Below are positions 9,981-19,798 of a stretch of 64,000 bases of DNA, piece by piece. The DNA comes from Dehalococcoidia bacterium (GTDB taxonomy: Bacteria; Chloroflexota; Dehalococcoidia; Plut-88900): contig OZ240219.1 of assembly GCA_965197645.1 (NCBI GenBank), forward strand, positions 1,856,001-1,920,000. The letters are read 5' to 3'. The notes below the pieces were generated by a model. It worked only from the letters and a program-made list of their open reading frames with translations, ran no database searches and was not told the origin of the DNA. The number at the start of each line of letters is the position of its first letter. The first letter of the stretch is position 1. Position numbers and translations under genes: made by a program.

Positions 9981-11030
9981 CTATCTGGGCTCCAATACCT
10001 CTTTGATAACCGGTTTACATATACCCTGGCCCCACAGGGGCAGTACTGTGGAGTGGCCTCCCGCTGCTCCCCCGGCTACGAAAAGATAGAAGTCATCCCC
10101 CGTATTTCGGGCAGCTTCTTGTTTGCCCTCGGGGCCTGGGAACCGTGCACCGGCCAAGGCACCTCTTATGCCCTTATCGGGGGCCAAGTGAGGCCGGAGC
10201 TGGTTGGCCTTGCTGGCTATATAGTCCCTGACGTCGTTCTTTGACCACCCGGCCCCGCCGACCAGCGTGGCATGCTCCGGACTCATTAGCAGTATTGCCC
10301 CGGCATGGCAGCGCTCGCTCGAAGCCACGGTATGAGAAATTACGTCAAGAATGCCTTCCGGGTGGTGGTCCCTTTGGTTAAAGGCTTCCATCGGGTGTCC
10401 AACTGGCAACAGGCTCACGGTACTGGCCTCAAGGGGAAGGCCGTTATCGACGCTGTAAGCAGACCAGGGGCTGGCCTCTTCGTTTTCGCCGATGCACATG
10501 GTGTAGCGGCCGGAGTGTCCGAATGTGGACTTGGCGGTGACGCCTGGTATCTCTCGGCAGACGTTCATCAACACCAACCGAAGCGCCCGCCCTATGGTGG
10601 AGTTGGCCCTCCACCCCGGGCCCATCAGATTCCACCCGGAGTTGACGTCCAACTTCTCCCTCATGGGCCCGTTTATCACTATAAGAGCAGCGGAGGCCCC
10701 GGTGGTCTCCGCCAACGCCGACGCGTTGAAGGACGGCTCTAGCAGTCCTCGGATTGCCGCTGCCACCACGGGGGCGTACTCAGGGAGGCAGCCCGCCATG
10801 ATGGAGTTGACCGCCACCTTGCCCGCAGTGACCTCCCAGTTCCTACTGGGCCGCGTCCCTAGCACTTCTTGGAATTCAAGTCCAGCGCGATTCAGGAACT
10901 CCATCACCCGAGATTCGGTGGGAGGGATGACGGGAAGGCCGTCTGTCAAGCCCTGTTGGTAATAGTACTCAATAGCCTGAACGGCGTCGGTAAGTGGGTC
11001 TGGAACCGAAGCCTGTGATGTATCTGCCAT
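9981..11030 (-). CDS. Conserved protein of the TDGLPVIPPT family (usually linked to thioredoxin-like/UGSC proteins)
   Basis: TDGLPVIPPT..RV, VAVNSIMAGC.PEY.PVV, RAN.TIGRAL, ENEEASPW motifs. Confidence 0.7.
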   Translation of the reverse strand: MADTSQASVPDPLTDAVQAIEYYYQQGLTDGLPVIPPTESRVMEFLNRAGLEFQEVLGTRPSRNWEVTAGKVAVNSIMAGCLPEYAPVVAAAIRGLLEPSFNASALAETTGASAALIVINGPMREKLDVNSGWNLMGPGWRANSTIGRALRLVLMNVCREIPGVTAKSTFGHSGRYTMCIGENEEASPWSAYSVDNGLPLEASTVSLLPVGHPMEAFNQRDHHPEGILDVISHTVASSERCHAGAILLMSPEHATLVGGAGWSKNDVRDYIASKANQLRPHLAPDKGIRGALAGARFPGPEGKQEAARNTGDDFYLFVAGGAAGGHSTVLPLWGQGICKPVIKEVLEPR

Positions 11031-11065
11031 TTGATGACATACCCTGGATGCTAATTACGATTCAA

Positions 11066-11105
11066 CTGAACCGGTTTCTTGGGCCAGCTGAACCGGCTTC
11101 TTGGG
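11066..11105. repeat. Tandem 18-bp direct repeat in divergent promoter region
   Basis: CTGAACCGGTTTCTTGGG (11066) and CTGAACCGGCTTCTTGGG (11088), period 22 bp. Confidence 0.6.
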
Positions 11106-11339
11106 ATCAGCTTGGCAACCACAATCGCTCGAGAACAGCTCTACCGGACTGATTCAGGTGATAGTAGCCCCGACGGCGAAGCCGGGTCAACCGCACTATG
11201 TTTCGCTGCAGGCCCCTCAATATGGATCCGACTGCCGGCAGACCTAAGTGATATCGGGCTATCCGGGAGTCAAAATCGTCCGTCCTGGTTCGAAGGTTCA
11301 CATCTGTTCCTTGTTGCGTCCGACCAGTAATTCATAGCA

Positions 11340-11359
11340 TTTACATTGGAAAGTGTAAA
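11340..11359. promoter_or_regulatory. Imperfect palindrome upstream of LLM gene (candidate operator)
   Basis: TTTACATTGGAAAGTGTAAA in an AT-rich patch ~30 bp before the start codon. Confidence 0.4.
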
Positions 11360-11389
11360 GCGTTAAGATATCCCGAAAAGGAGGAGTCA

Positions 11390-12634
11390 ATGAAGTTCGG
11401 CATATTCACAAATCCGGCCATGCCCGGTGTGATTCCCGATGGTGTGAGGCTAGCCCCCATTGGTCGCAACAACGAGCGGTATCAGGGCCTGCTGGATGAG
11501 ATGAAACAGATCTGCTTTGCCGCCGAGGAGATGGGTTTCGACTCTTTCTCTACAACGGAGCACCACTTCCATTCCGAAGGAATCGAGATGTCTGTGGCCC
11601 CACTGTTGCTATATGCGGACCTGGCGGCCCGGACTAAGAAGATAAAGTTCGCTCCCCTGGCCATCGTCCTTACCACCTGGGACCCCATACGTGCCGCCGA
11701 GGAGTTGGCCATCTTGGACCACCTCACCCAGGGACGTATGATGGCGGGTTTCGCACGGGGCTACCAGGACAGGTGGGTAGGCGTTCTGGGCCAGAAATAC
11801 AGAATAAAAGGCACCCAGTCGGATAAATCGGCCACAAATGAACGCAACCGAAAGCTGTTTGAAGAGAACTGGCAGGTCGTCAAGGCGGCTTGGACCCAAG
11901 ACGTTCTCAGCTATCAAGGCGAGTTCTATGAAGCGCCCTTTCCCTACGAAGACGGTATTGAAGGCTGGCCTCTCGATCAGATCACCAGGGATCGGGGTGC
12001 GCCCGGTGAGATGGACGATGAGGGCGTGATACGGGGTATCTCCGTTGTGCCCAAGCCGTACCAGCTTCCTCATCCTCCCGTCTTCATGGCCTTCTCCCTC
12101 AGCGAAACGAGCATTAGATTTGCCGCCCGCGAAGGGATGATTTCCCAGATTCAGGTTTCCCGGCCTGCCGACTTCAACCACCTGTGCCACGTTTACCAGG
12201 AAGTCGCTGCGGAGCACGGCCGAGAGCTAGAGCTTGGCGAGCAGATTGCCGCACCTCGCTATATCTACATCGGAGATAGCTACGAAGAAGCCTTCCAGAG
12301 GGCCGTCAGGACGCTCGGCTGGCAGTATGCCGAATACTTCGGCGCCTTCGGTTTCATGGAAGGATTTCGCAACCCTGAAGACCCGGTAGAGCCGAAGCCG
12401 CTTAGATTCAAGGACGCCGATGAGGTCGCTAAACGACTCATCGAGCACCAGTTTGCCCTGGTCGGCACGGTCGATGATGTCAAGCGTCAGCTGGACTCAC
12501 TCGCCCGTTGCCACGATGGTGGAAATCTGGAGTGGTTCACCTACCAGCTGGACCAGGGTTACATGCCGATAGAGGAGGCTATGGAACAGATGGAAATCTT
12601 TGGCACCAAGATCATGCCCGAGTTCCAAGATTAG
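11390..12634 (+). CDS. LLM-class (luciferase-like) flavin-dependent oxidoreductase
   Basis: MKFGIF, AEEMGFDS..TTEHHFH, PIRAAEELAILDHLT.GR, PKPYQ.PHPP. Confidence 0.92.
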   Translation: MKFGIFTNPAMPGVIPDGVRLAPIGRNNERYQGLLDEMKQICFAAEEMGFDSFSTTEHHFHSEGIEMSVAPLLLYADLAARTKKIKFAPLAIVLTTWDPIRAAEELAILDHLTQGRMMAGFARGYQDRWVGVLGQKYRIKGTQSDKSATNERNRKLFEENWQVVKAAWTQDVLSYQGEFYEAPFPYEDGIEGWPLDQITRDRGAPGEMDDEGVIRGISVVPKPYQLPHPPVFMAFSLSETSIRFAAREGMISQIQVSRPADFNHLCHVYQEVAAEHGRELELGEQIAAPRYIYIGDSYEEAFQRAVRTLGWQYAEYFGAFGFMEGFRNPEDPVEPKPLRFKDADEVAKRLIEHQFALVGTVDDVKRQLDSLARCHDGGNLEWFTYQLDQGYMPIEEAMEQMEIFGTKIMPEFQD

Positions 12635-12710
12635 ACAAGTTGTCTCGGTACCAACCTTTGCTGGTGGATGTCGCAGAAGGATCCTCCTTAGTCAAGAAGG
12701 GAGAAACATC

Positions 12711-13850
12711 ATGGGCGAAGCAACAGTAGTGGACGCGGATGGCCACATCCTGGAGCCCTCAGACCTGTGGGAGAAAAACCTGGAGCCCCAGTTTAAGGAC
12801 AGGGCTCTGCGTATCGGAGTAGACCAGGACGGCATCGAGTACCTGGAGGTCGAAGGTAGTAAATCGGATGTAGTTAGCGGTGGAGGTTTCAACAGCTTCG
12901 GCAGCCTGGACCTCGACATCCGATCCCTCCGTGATACCAATAACCAAGTGGGAGGTCCAACCTACGAAGAGAGTGTTCCCGAGGGCGCCAGGAACATGGA
13001 AGCCCGGCTGGATTGGATGGACCAACAGGGAATTGATATCGCCCTCCTCTACCCGTCTCTCCTACTCGGCTGGCAGGACGAAACGGAAGATCCGGAATTG
13101 GCCGGGGCATACTGCCGGGTGTACAACACCTGGATTACCGATCTGTGCCGGCCCTATTCAGATCGCATTGTCCCTATAGCCCATGTCGCTCTGCATAACA
13201 TCGAGGACGCCGTTTTGGAGGTCAACAGAGCCGCCAAGCTGGGCGCCAAGGGCGTGTATCTCTTCGCTACACCCGTCCACGGGATTCCCTACGGTGATGC
13301 CCGCTACGATGCGTTTTGGAACGCCTGTCAAGAGTTGGGCTTGCCTCTGGGAATTCACGTAAGCAATACACCCAAGCATGCCGGCCACCACCTGTACCAG
13401 GGGGCCTTCGGCGAGAACTACTGGTGGCTAAACGTGATGTACAACCAGGACTGCCAGCTAAGCTTCACATCCTTCTTCCAAGGCGGTGTTTTCGAGCGCT
13501 TCCCCAAGCTGAGCGTCGGGATTGTGGAGACCGGGTGCGGCTGGATTGCCCATTGGCTGGAGCTGCTAGACTCCAAGTACAAGATAGGTGGTCATCCGCC
13601 TCTGAAGATGCTGCCTAGCGAGTACTTTGAACGGCAGGGTTGGATCACGGGTGAGGCCGATGAAAAGACCTTCCCTCACATGGCCCAGCTGGTGGGCGCC
13701 CACAAGCTCATGTTCGGCTCCGACTATCCTCACGAAGAGGGCCACGAGGAGCCGCTGGCAGAGCTAAAAGAGACCATCAGCATCCTCTCCCAAGAGGACC
13801 AGGACAAGGTCCTAGGGGAGAACGCCATGAGGATATACAACCTGAACTAA
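12711..13850 (+). CDS. Amidohydrolase_2 family (decarboxylase/hydratase-like)
   Basis: DADGHILEP, YPS, YN.W, GIH, ETGCGW, FGSDYPH. Confidence 0.9.
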   Translation: MGEATVVDADGHILEPSDLWEKNLEPQFKDRALRIGVDQDGIEYLEVEGSKSDVVSGGGFNSFGSLDLDIRSLRDTNNQVGGPTYEESVPEGARNMEARLDWMDQQGIDIALLYPSLLLGWQDETEDPELAGAYCRVYNTWITDLCRPYSDRIVPIAHVALHNIEDAVLEVNRAAKLGAKGVYLFATPVHGIPYGDARYDAFWNACQELGLPLGIHVSNTPKHAGHHLYQGAFGENYWWLNVMYNQDCQLSFTSFFQGGVFERFPKLSVGIVETGCGWIAHWLELLDSKYKIGGHPPLKMLPSEYFERQGWITGEADEKTFPHMAQLVGAHKLMFGSDYPHEEGHEEPLAELKETISILSQEDQDKVLGENAMRIYNLN

Positions 13851-13908
13851 GTTTCTGACCTCGTATAGGGACCGGCTGACAGGCGCCACTCAGGGCAGGA
13901 GGAATGCT

Positions 13909-15069
13909 ATGCAGGACGCCGTCGTTGACATAGATGGGCACGTCGCAGAGCCCATAACCTTGATCATGGACGAATACCTGGAACCGGAGTTCAGGGACCG
14001 GCCCCTGAGGCTGTTGAACGATGAGCAAGGCCTGGAATACCTGGAGATCAACGGCGTGAAGTCGGAGGTCATTCAAGGAGGCACGGGCTTGGGGGTAGAC
14101 GCCGGGAAAGCCTTCGGCGCTGAGGACTACCGCCCATTCTTTACCCCGGGAAAGGTGCACTACTACGACGGCATGATCCCGGAGTCCAACGAACCCAACG
14201 CTCGAGCCAAGTGGCACGAATCGGAAGGCATAGATAAGGCTTTGCTCTACCCAACCCTCGGCATTTCCTGGGAAACCGAATGCCAGGACCCCAAGGTGGC
14301 AGCAGCCTACTGCCGAGCCTACAACAACTGGATCCTGGATTTCTGCAGCTCACACCCGGACCGTCACTACCCTGTTGCCCACATCCCCACCATAGATGCC
14401 AACGAGGCCGCAGCAGAGGTCCGGCGTACCGCCGAACTCGGTATCAAGGGCTATATGGTCTACAGTACCGCTACCAATGGTCTCTACTACGGACATCCCC
14501 ACTTCGATCCCCTATACGAAGCCGTCCAGGAAACGGGACTTCCCTTGGGCAACCACGTTGTAAATCAAGCGGATTACCTTGCTAAGGACAACCACCGATC
14601 AGAGTACCAGCAATCCGATTCGACGACCGACGACTTCTTCTACCTGACCATGGTAGTACCCTTCCAACCCCAACTGGCTCTTATTCATATGGTCTCGGAA
14701 GGGGCCTTCGATAGGTTTCCCAACCTGAAGTACGTGTTTCTCGAGACAGGGGCCACATGGATTGCCTACTTGCTGGAGCGGTTAGACGAGAAGTTCGAAA
14801 CCCAGAGCCACTCCACAACCTTCAAGGAGAAGCCCAGCGACTACTTCCGGCGCCAGTGCTGGATCTCCCTCGAACCTGAAGAGGAGCTGATCCCCCACGT
14901 TATCCAGAAGGTCGGGGCAGATAAGTTCTTCTGGGCCACAGATTTCCCTCACCATGATGGGTTTCCAGGCGTGGTGCAAGCGCTAAGAGAGTTGCTAAGC
15001 CCGCTGTCTCAAGAGGATGTAAGCAAAGTCCTGGGCCTAAATGCAGTCCAAGTGTACAACCTAACGTAA
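13909..15069 (+). CDS. Amidohydrolase_2 family
   Basis: DIDGHVAEP, YPT, AYNNW, ETGATW, WATDFPH. Confidence 0.9.
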   Translation: MQDAVVDIDGHVAEPITLIMDEYLEPEFRDRPLRLLNDEQGLEYLEINGVKSEVIQGGTGLGVDAGKAFGAEDYRPFFTPGKVHYYDGMIPESNEPNARAKWHESEGIDKALLYPTLGISWETECQDPKVAAAYCRAYNNWILDFCSSHPDRHYPVAHIPTIDANEAAAEVRRTAELGIKGYMVYSTATNGLYYGHPHFDPLYEAVQETGLPLGNHVVNQADYLAKDNHRSEYQQSDSTTDDFFYLTMVVPFQPQLALIHMVSEGAFDRFPNLKYVFLETGATWIAYLLERLDEKFETQSHSTTFKEKPSDYFRRQCWISLEPEEELIPHVIQKVGADKFFWATDFPHHDGFPGVVQALRELLSPLSQEDVSKVLGLNAVQVYNLT

Positions 15070-15081
15070 AACCGTGAACAT

Positions 15082-15110
15082 TTGACACTTGGTAAACCGG
15101 TTAATAACAT
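15082..15110 (+). promoter_or_regulatory. Sigma70-type promoter of ABC operon with palindromic spacer
   Basis: TTGACA-17 bp-TAACAT; spacer contains TAAACCGGTTAA. Confidence 0.6.
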
Positions 15111-15181
15111 AACAGCCGCCCCAATTGAGCCAGACCCTGTCCAGCTTCCAACGAGGGACCAGGTCTAGGCAAGGCAAGCAG

Positions 15182-16423
15182 ATGACAACTACTGCGAAAG
15201 AAGTCAACGCCAACCAACCCGCAGCCGGAGGTGAGCACCGGCTGGTCTGCCGGAACATGTGGAAGGTCTTCGGGGACAAAGCTGAGAGTGTCATAAAAGA
15301 CTTGGACCCATCCCTCTCCCGGGATCAGGTATTGGAGCAAACGGGATGTGTTCTGGCCGTGAAAGACGTCTCCTTCAATGTGCGAATTGGCGAGACTTTC
15401 GTCATCATGGGTCTCTCCGGAAGCGGCAAATCAACCCTGGTGCGCTGTTTAAGCCGTCTCATCGAACCTACTCGTGGTGAGGTATGGATAGACGGCGAAG
15501 ACATCCTGGGGATGAGCAGACATCAGCTCAGGGAGATCCGCCGGCACAAAATCGGGATGGTCTTTCAGCACTTTGGCAACTTCCCCCACAAACGAGTATT
15601 TGACAACGTGGTCTACGGCTTGCAGGTTCAAGGCATGGACAAGACGGTGCGAAGAGAGAGGGTTGCCGAGGTGATCGAGCTGGTGGGCTTGACGGGATGG
15701 GAGGAACGGTATCCCCATGAGCTAAGCGGTGGGATGCAGCAGCGTGTCGGGCTCGCCCGAGCGCTGGCGGTAGATCCCGAAATCTTGCTCTTTGATGAAC
15801 CCTTTAGCGCCTTGGACCCCCTCATACGCCGGGAGATGCAAGACCAGCTGATAAACCTGCAGGGGCTGGTACAGAAGACCATGGTTTTTATCACCCATGA
15901 CTTCCTGGAGGCCCTCAAGCTGGGCGATAGGGTTGCCATCATGAAAGATGGAGAGTTCGTCCAGATCGGCACACCGGAAGAGGTCGTATCGGCGCCGGCC
16001 GATGATTACGTACGTGACTTCACCAGAGACGTACCCAGGTCAAAAGTGCTAACGGCCCGCTCCGTCATGTCGCCGGCGTTGGTGTCCGTCACGGCTGATC
16101 AAAACTTACGAGATGTTGTTAATCTAATGACAAGCCAGGACTGCAACTGCGCTGTGGTGGTGGATAATCAGGACCGTTTCAGAGGAACGTTACAGCTGGA
16201 GGACTGCCAAGATGCGGCGGTCACGGATCATGGGAGTGTCGCCGCTGTCATGCGGGACTCCTGTCCCACCGCGGCGCCCCACACCAGGTTGGAGCACCTG
16301 ATCCCCCTCGCCATCGCCAACGATAGCCCCATCGCCGTGATTGATGACGCACATTGTCTGGGGGTTATCAGCAGAGAGGCGGCAATGGCTGCCATGCTGA
16401 GCGAAGAGGGCGTTGCCAATTGA
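15182..16423 (+). CDS. proV: Glycine betaine/proline-type ABC transporter ATP-binding subunit with CBS pair
   Basis: [41 protein letters not shown]-terminal CBS-like region. Confidence 0.9.
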   Translation: MTTTAKEVNANQPAAGGEHRLVCRNMWKVFGDKAESVIKDLDPSLSRDQVLEQTGCVLAVKDVSFNVRIGETFVIMGLSGSGKSTLVRCLSRLIEPTRGEVWIDGEDILGMSRHQLREIRRHKIGMVFQHFGNFPHKRVFDNVVYGLQVQGMDKTVRRERVAEVIELVGLTGWEERYPHELSGGMQQRVGLARALAVDPEILLFDEPFSALDPLIRREMQDQLINLQGLVQKTMVFITHDFLEALKLGDRVAIMKDGEFVQIGTPEEVVSAPADDYVRDFTRDVPRSKVLTARSVMSPALVSVTADQNLRDVVNLMTSQDCNCAVVVDNQDRFRGTLQLEDCQDAAVTDHGSVAAVMRDSCPTAAPHTRLEHLIPLAIANDSPIAVIDDAHCLGVISREAAMAAMLSEEGVAN

Positions 16424-18429
16424 TTCGCGTAGGCGACATCCCATCCCAGATTCGCCATGGGGGCATGTACCGGGCCGGACTGTGGGCCAGTCTGGCTGTA
16501 ACTCTATACATCCTGGCTTACGTCCTCGCCAAGAACAACGCTAACATCGATTTTGGCGACTTTCCCTCATCCTGGGAAGTGCCCATACAGGAGCCCATAG
16601 ACTCCGTTTTTGGATGGGTAGGGGACACCTTCTCATGGTTCTTCAACCCTATTTCTGATGTCGTCGATCTGGGCCTCGCCTGGATCGATAGCTTTCTTCT
16701 TTGGCTTCCCTGGCCTGTTGTCGTCGCTGCAACTACCTTGGTAGGACTTAGGCTGAGCGGGGTGGGTTTGGCCGTATTCTGTGCCTTGAGCAGCATGTTT
16801 TTCGGCGTAATCGGCCTTTGGGATTCCACCATGCTGACCCTGAGTGTCATGGGCGTATCGGTCATTTTGGCTGTGGCAGTCGGCGTCCCGGTGGGCATAC
16901 TGGCCGGCTACAACAACCGGTTCGAGGCCGTCGTTCGGCCCATACTGGATACAATGCAGGTGCTCCCGCCCTTCGTGTATCTCATTCCGGCTTTGGTCCT
17001 GTTCGGCGTGAGCGGAACACAAGGGGTCTTCTTGACTGTGGTCTACTCCATTCCTCCCGTAATCAGGTTGACCAATTTAGGTATCCGCCAAGTACCTAGA
17101 GCGGCCATCGAAACCGCTCAGTCCCACGGTTCAACCAACTTGCAGACACTGTTCCAAGTCCAGTTGCCGCTGGCTAAGAGCTCCATAATGATGGGCATCA
17201 ACCAGACCATAATGATGGCCGTAGCCATGGTGATCATTACGGCGCTGGTGGGAGTGATTGGTCTGGGGAAAGAAGTCTGGGTCGCCCTGAGGCAAGTGGA
17301 TGCAGGCGCCGGGCTGGAAAGTGGAGTAGCCATAGTACTGTTGGCGATTATCCTCGACAGATTCAGTTATGCCATGTCCAAGTCCAATCAACAATCCACA
17401 CTCAGAGACGGCAGCCTTACGAACACACACGCCCCAGAGTCTGCCAAAACAACCCATCCCGCAGTCGGAGCGATCAGCGAGGTTTTCGATCGTTTCGGCG
17501 TCCAGATAACTGGCGGGTTGGTCATAGTTATCCTTTTGATCTTCTCCACGGTGTGGGACGGTGCTAAGGAGTTTCCCGAGGCTTGGACCTTCTCTGTATC
17601 CAACGCTGTCAACGAAGCAGCGGATTGGATGGCGGTTAACCTCTACTTCATCACCAGTTGGATAAGGGACAGCCTCTTTCGAGAATTCGGCTTTGGACCT
17701 ATCCAAACCTTACTCCTGTGGCTCCCTTGGCCAGCCGTAATCATCCTGTCAGCCGGCCTGGCTTTCGCAGTTGCGGGCAGGAATGTGGCCATTCTAGCTG
17801 CTTTGGGTCTGATGCTTGCCGGGATCGGCGGGATCTGGGAAGTTACCATGGATACCTTGAGCCAGGTGCTGACCGGTGGCGTTTTCACCGTAATCTTGGG
17901 AATAGCTCTGGGCGTTCTCGCCTCCCAGAGCAGGACTTTCGAATCAATACTACGACCTATCCTGGACACTATGCAGACCATGCCGATCTTTGTATATCTG
18001 ATTCCGGTCATCATGTTGTGGGGTATTGGCCCCATAGTAGGCATAATTGCCACAGTCGTTTACGCGTTGCCGCCCGTGATACGCATGACCTGTCTGGGCA
18101 TCAAACAGGTCCCTCCCCAGGTCATAGAGACAGCACAATCTCACGGCTCTACCGGCTTGCAGACCCTACTCCAGGTCCAAATACCCTTAGCATTCCCCAC
18201 AATCATGATGGGGGTGAACCAGACCATAATCATGGTCTTGGCCATGGTAATCATCGCCGGTCTCGTAGGCGCGGGTGGCTTGGGACAGGAGGTGTATGTT
18301 AGCTCCATCTATCTGAGGATGGGACATGGTCTGGTGTCTGGGTTGACCATAGTCATCATGGCCATGGTGTTGGACCGGATGACCCAAGGTAAGAGTGGTC
18401 TGGCTAGGACCTTTTCCATGGCGAGATAG
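16420..18429 (+). CDS. proW: Betaine-type ABC permease, two fused ProW halves
   Basis: Twice [15 protein letters not shown] and PPVIR.T.LGI.QVP, GxNQTI; start uncertain (TTG 16420). Confidence 0.88.
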   Translation: MIRVGDIPSQIRHGGMYRAGLWASLAVTLYILAYVLAKNNANIDFGDFPSSWEVPIQEPIDSVFGWVGDTFSWFFNPISDVVDLGLAWIDSFLLWLPWPVVVAATTLVGLRLSGVGLAVFCALSSMFFGVIGLWDSTMLTLSVMGVSVILAVAVGVPVGILAGYNNRFEAVVRPILDTMQVLPPFVYLIPALVLFGVSGTQGVFLTVVYSIPPVIRLTNLGIRQVPRAAIETAQSHGSTNLQTLFQVQLPLAKSSIMMGINQTIMMAVAMVIITALVGVIGLGKEVWVALRQVDAGAGLESGVAIVLLAIILDRFSYAMSKSNQQSTLRDGSLTNTHAPESAKTTHPAVGAISEVFDRFGVQITGGLVIVILLIFSTVWDGAKEFPEAWTFSVSNAVNEAADWMAVNLYFITSWIRDSLFREFGFGPIQTLLLWLPWPAVIILSAGLAFAVAGRNVAILAALGLMLAGIGGIWEVTMDTLSQVLTGGVFTVILGIALGVLASQSRTFESILRPILDTMQTMPIFVYLIPVIMLWGIGPIVGIIATVVYALPPVIRMTCLGIKQVPPQVIETAQSHGSTGLQTLLQVQIPLAFPTIMMGVNQTIIMVLAMVIIAGLVGAGGLGQEVYVSSIYLRMGHGLVSGLTIVIMAMVLDRMTQGKSGLARTFSMAR

Positions 18430-18570
18430 GTGACGCAGGGTGCAACTTTGGAAAATGAGACCGTGAAACCAGCCAGGGAGGTGATGCCTATGGAAGGGTA
18501 ACAGCCCCCAGTTTGTTCAAGTCGAGTGCGATAAACTTTACTAACTCCCAACCGGAAGGGAGACAAACCT

Positions 18571-19635
18571 ATGAGTAAGAAGAGATCATGGTGGATTGGC
18601 CTACCGTTTGTGCTCATGCTGATAGCGGTAGTGGCTGTAGGGATGGCTTGTGGGGGAGCAGCCGAAGAACCGGATGAACCTGAAGTTTCCGAACCCGCCG
18701 AGGATGACGAAACTGCAACACCCGAAGTTCTTGAAACTGATACAGGCGAATCCAAGGGCAAGATAACGATCGTAGAGCAAGACTGGGACGGGCAGCTGGT
18801 TTTGACCTCGGTCGTACACATCTTGCTGGAGGAAGAGATGGGTTACGAGGTGGACCAGAAGTTTGCCCCGGCAGATTCCGTTCCCATGTTTATCGGGCTG
18901 GAGACCGGTGATTTTCACTTCGTCTGCTGCAACTGGCCCTCATATAGCGCCCATCTGCTCGAAGAATACGTGGACACCAAGGGGAGCGTCGAGCGCCTTG
19001 GTCTGGTCGGGATCAACGGGTCCAGTGGATGGTTCGTCCCGACATACGTTATAGAGGGAGACACCGAGCGTGGCATAGAAGCCGCCGCGCCTACCCTTCG
19101 AAGCTGGGAGCAGCTGGACGAATACGGCGAGATTTTCGCCACCGCTGACACCCGGGGCAAGGGTAGACTGGTGGAGATTGTGCCGGCCTGGGACACCCGG
19201 CCTGCCGAACGTTTGGAGGCCTTTGGCGCTGACTACGAAGTCGTCTTTTCCGGCTCTGAAGCTGCCAGCTTTGCCGAGCTCGGCGCTTACTACGAGCGGG
19301 GAGACCCTATCCTCCTATTCCTCTGGCACCCCCACTGGGCGCATGCGAAGTGGCAGTTGACCGAAATTCAGATGCCCCCTTGGACCGAGGAGTGCTACCC
19401 TGCAGGCGAGCAGTTTGACTGTGGCTGGCCCGGAGACCCCGTCGCCAAGCTGGTTTGGCCTGGACTGGAGGAGGCCTTCCCCGAGGTCTACCAGTTCCTA
19501 TCCAACTTCCAGATGACCAATGACCAGCAGAACGAGATGGTTCTCAAAGTAGCCGAAGGTGGGATGACTCCCCAGGATGCGGCCCAACAGTGGATAGACG
19601 CCAATGAGTCTGTCTGGCGTGCCTGGATACCCTGA
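18571..19635 (+). CDS. proX: Betaine-type ABC substrate-binding lipoprotein (OpuAC/ProX family)
   Basis: Lipobox GMAC, Trp-rich cage residues (WDGQ, NWP, PAW, WHPHW), AAQQWIDANESVWRAW end. Confidence 0.85.
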   Translation: MSKKRSWWIGLPFVLMLIAVVAVGMACGGAAEEPDEPEVSEPAEDDETATPEVLETDTGESKGKITIVEQDWDGQLVLTSVVHILLEEEMGYEVDQKFAPADSVPMFIGLETGDFHFVCCNWPSYSAHLLEEYVDTKGSVERLGLVGINGSSGWFVPTYVIEGDTERGIEAAAPTLRSWEQLDEYGEIFATADTRGKGRLVEIVPAWDTRPAERLEAFGADYEVVFSGSEAASFAELGAYYERGDPILLFLWHPHWAHAKWQLTEIQMPPWTEECYPAGEQFDCGWPGDPVAKLVWPGLEEAFPEVYQFLSNFQMTNDQQNEMVLKVAEGGMTPQDAAQQWIDANESVWRAWIP

Positions 19636-19692
19636 TAGATAACCAGGCCGGCTCCACTGAGAGATCGGTTACGAATCGATCCGTGGACTAGA

Positions 19693-19728
19693 AGCGATAG
19701 GAAGGGAGTGCGTTCCCTTCCTATCGCT
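19693..19728 (+). terminator. 15-bp-stem hairpin after substrate-binding gene
   Basis: AGCGATAGGAAGGGA-gtgcgt-TCCCTTCCTATCGCT; no U-tract, may be an mRNA stabiliser. Confidence 0.6.
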
Positions 19729-19798
19729 GGCCATGGTTCACATAAGGCCCGAGAAGTTGCGCGTGTTTCCCCGTGACCACAGAGCGGAGGTCTAGACG

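Noticed and set aside
9981-11330. Selenoprotein (UGSC) partner for the TDGLPVIPPT gene
   Set aside because: No adjacent ORF with an in-frame TGA-Gly-Ser-Cys or CGSC motif could be identified.
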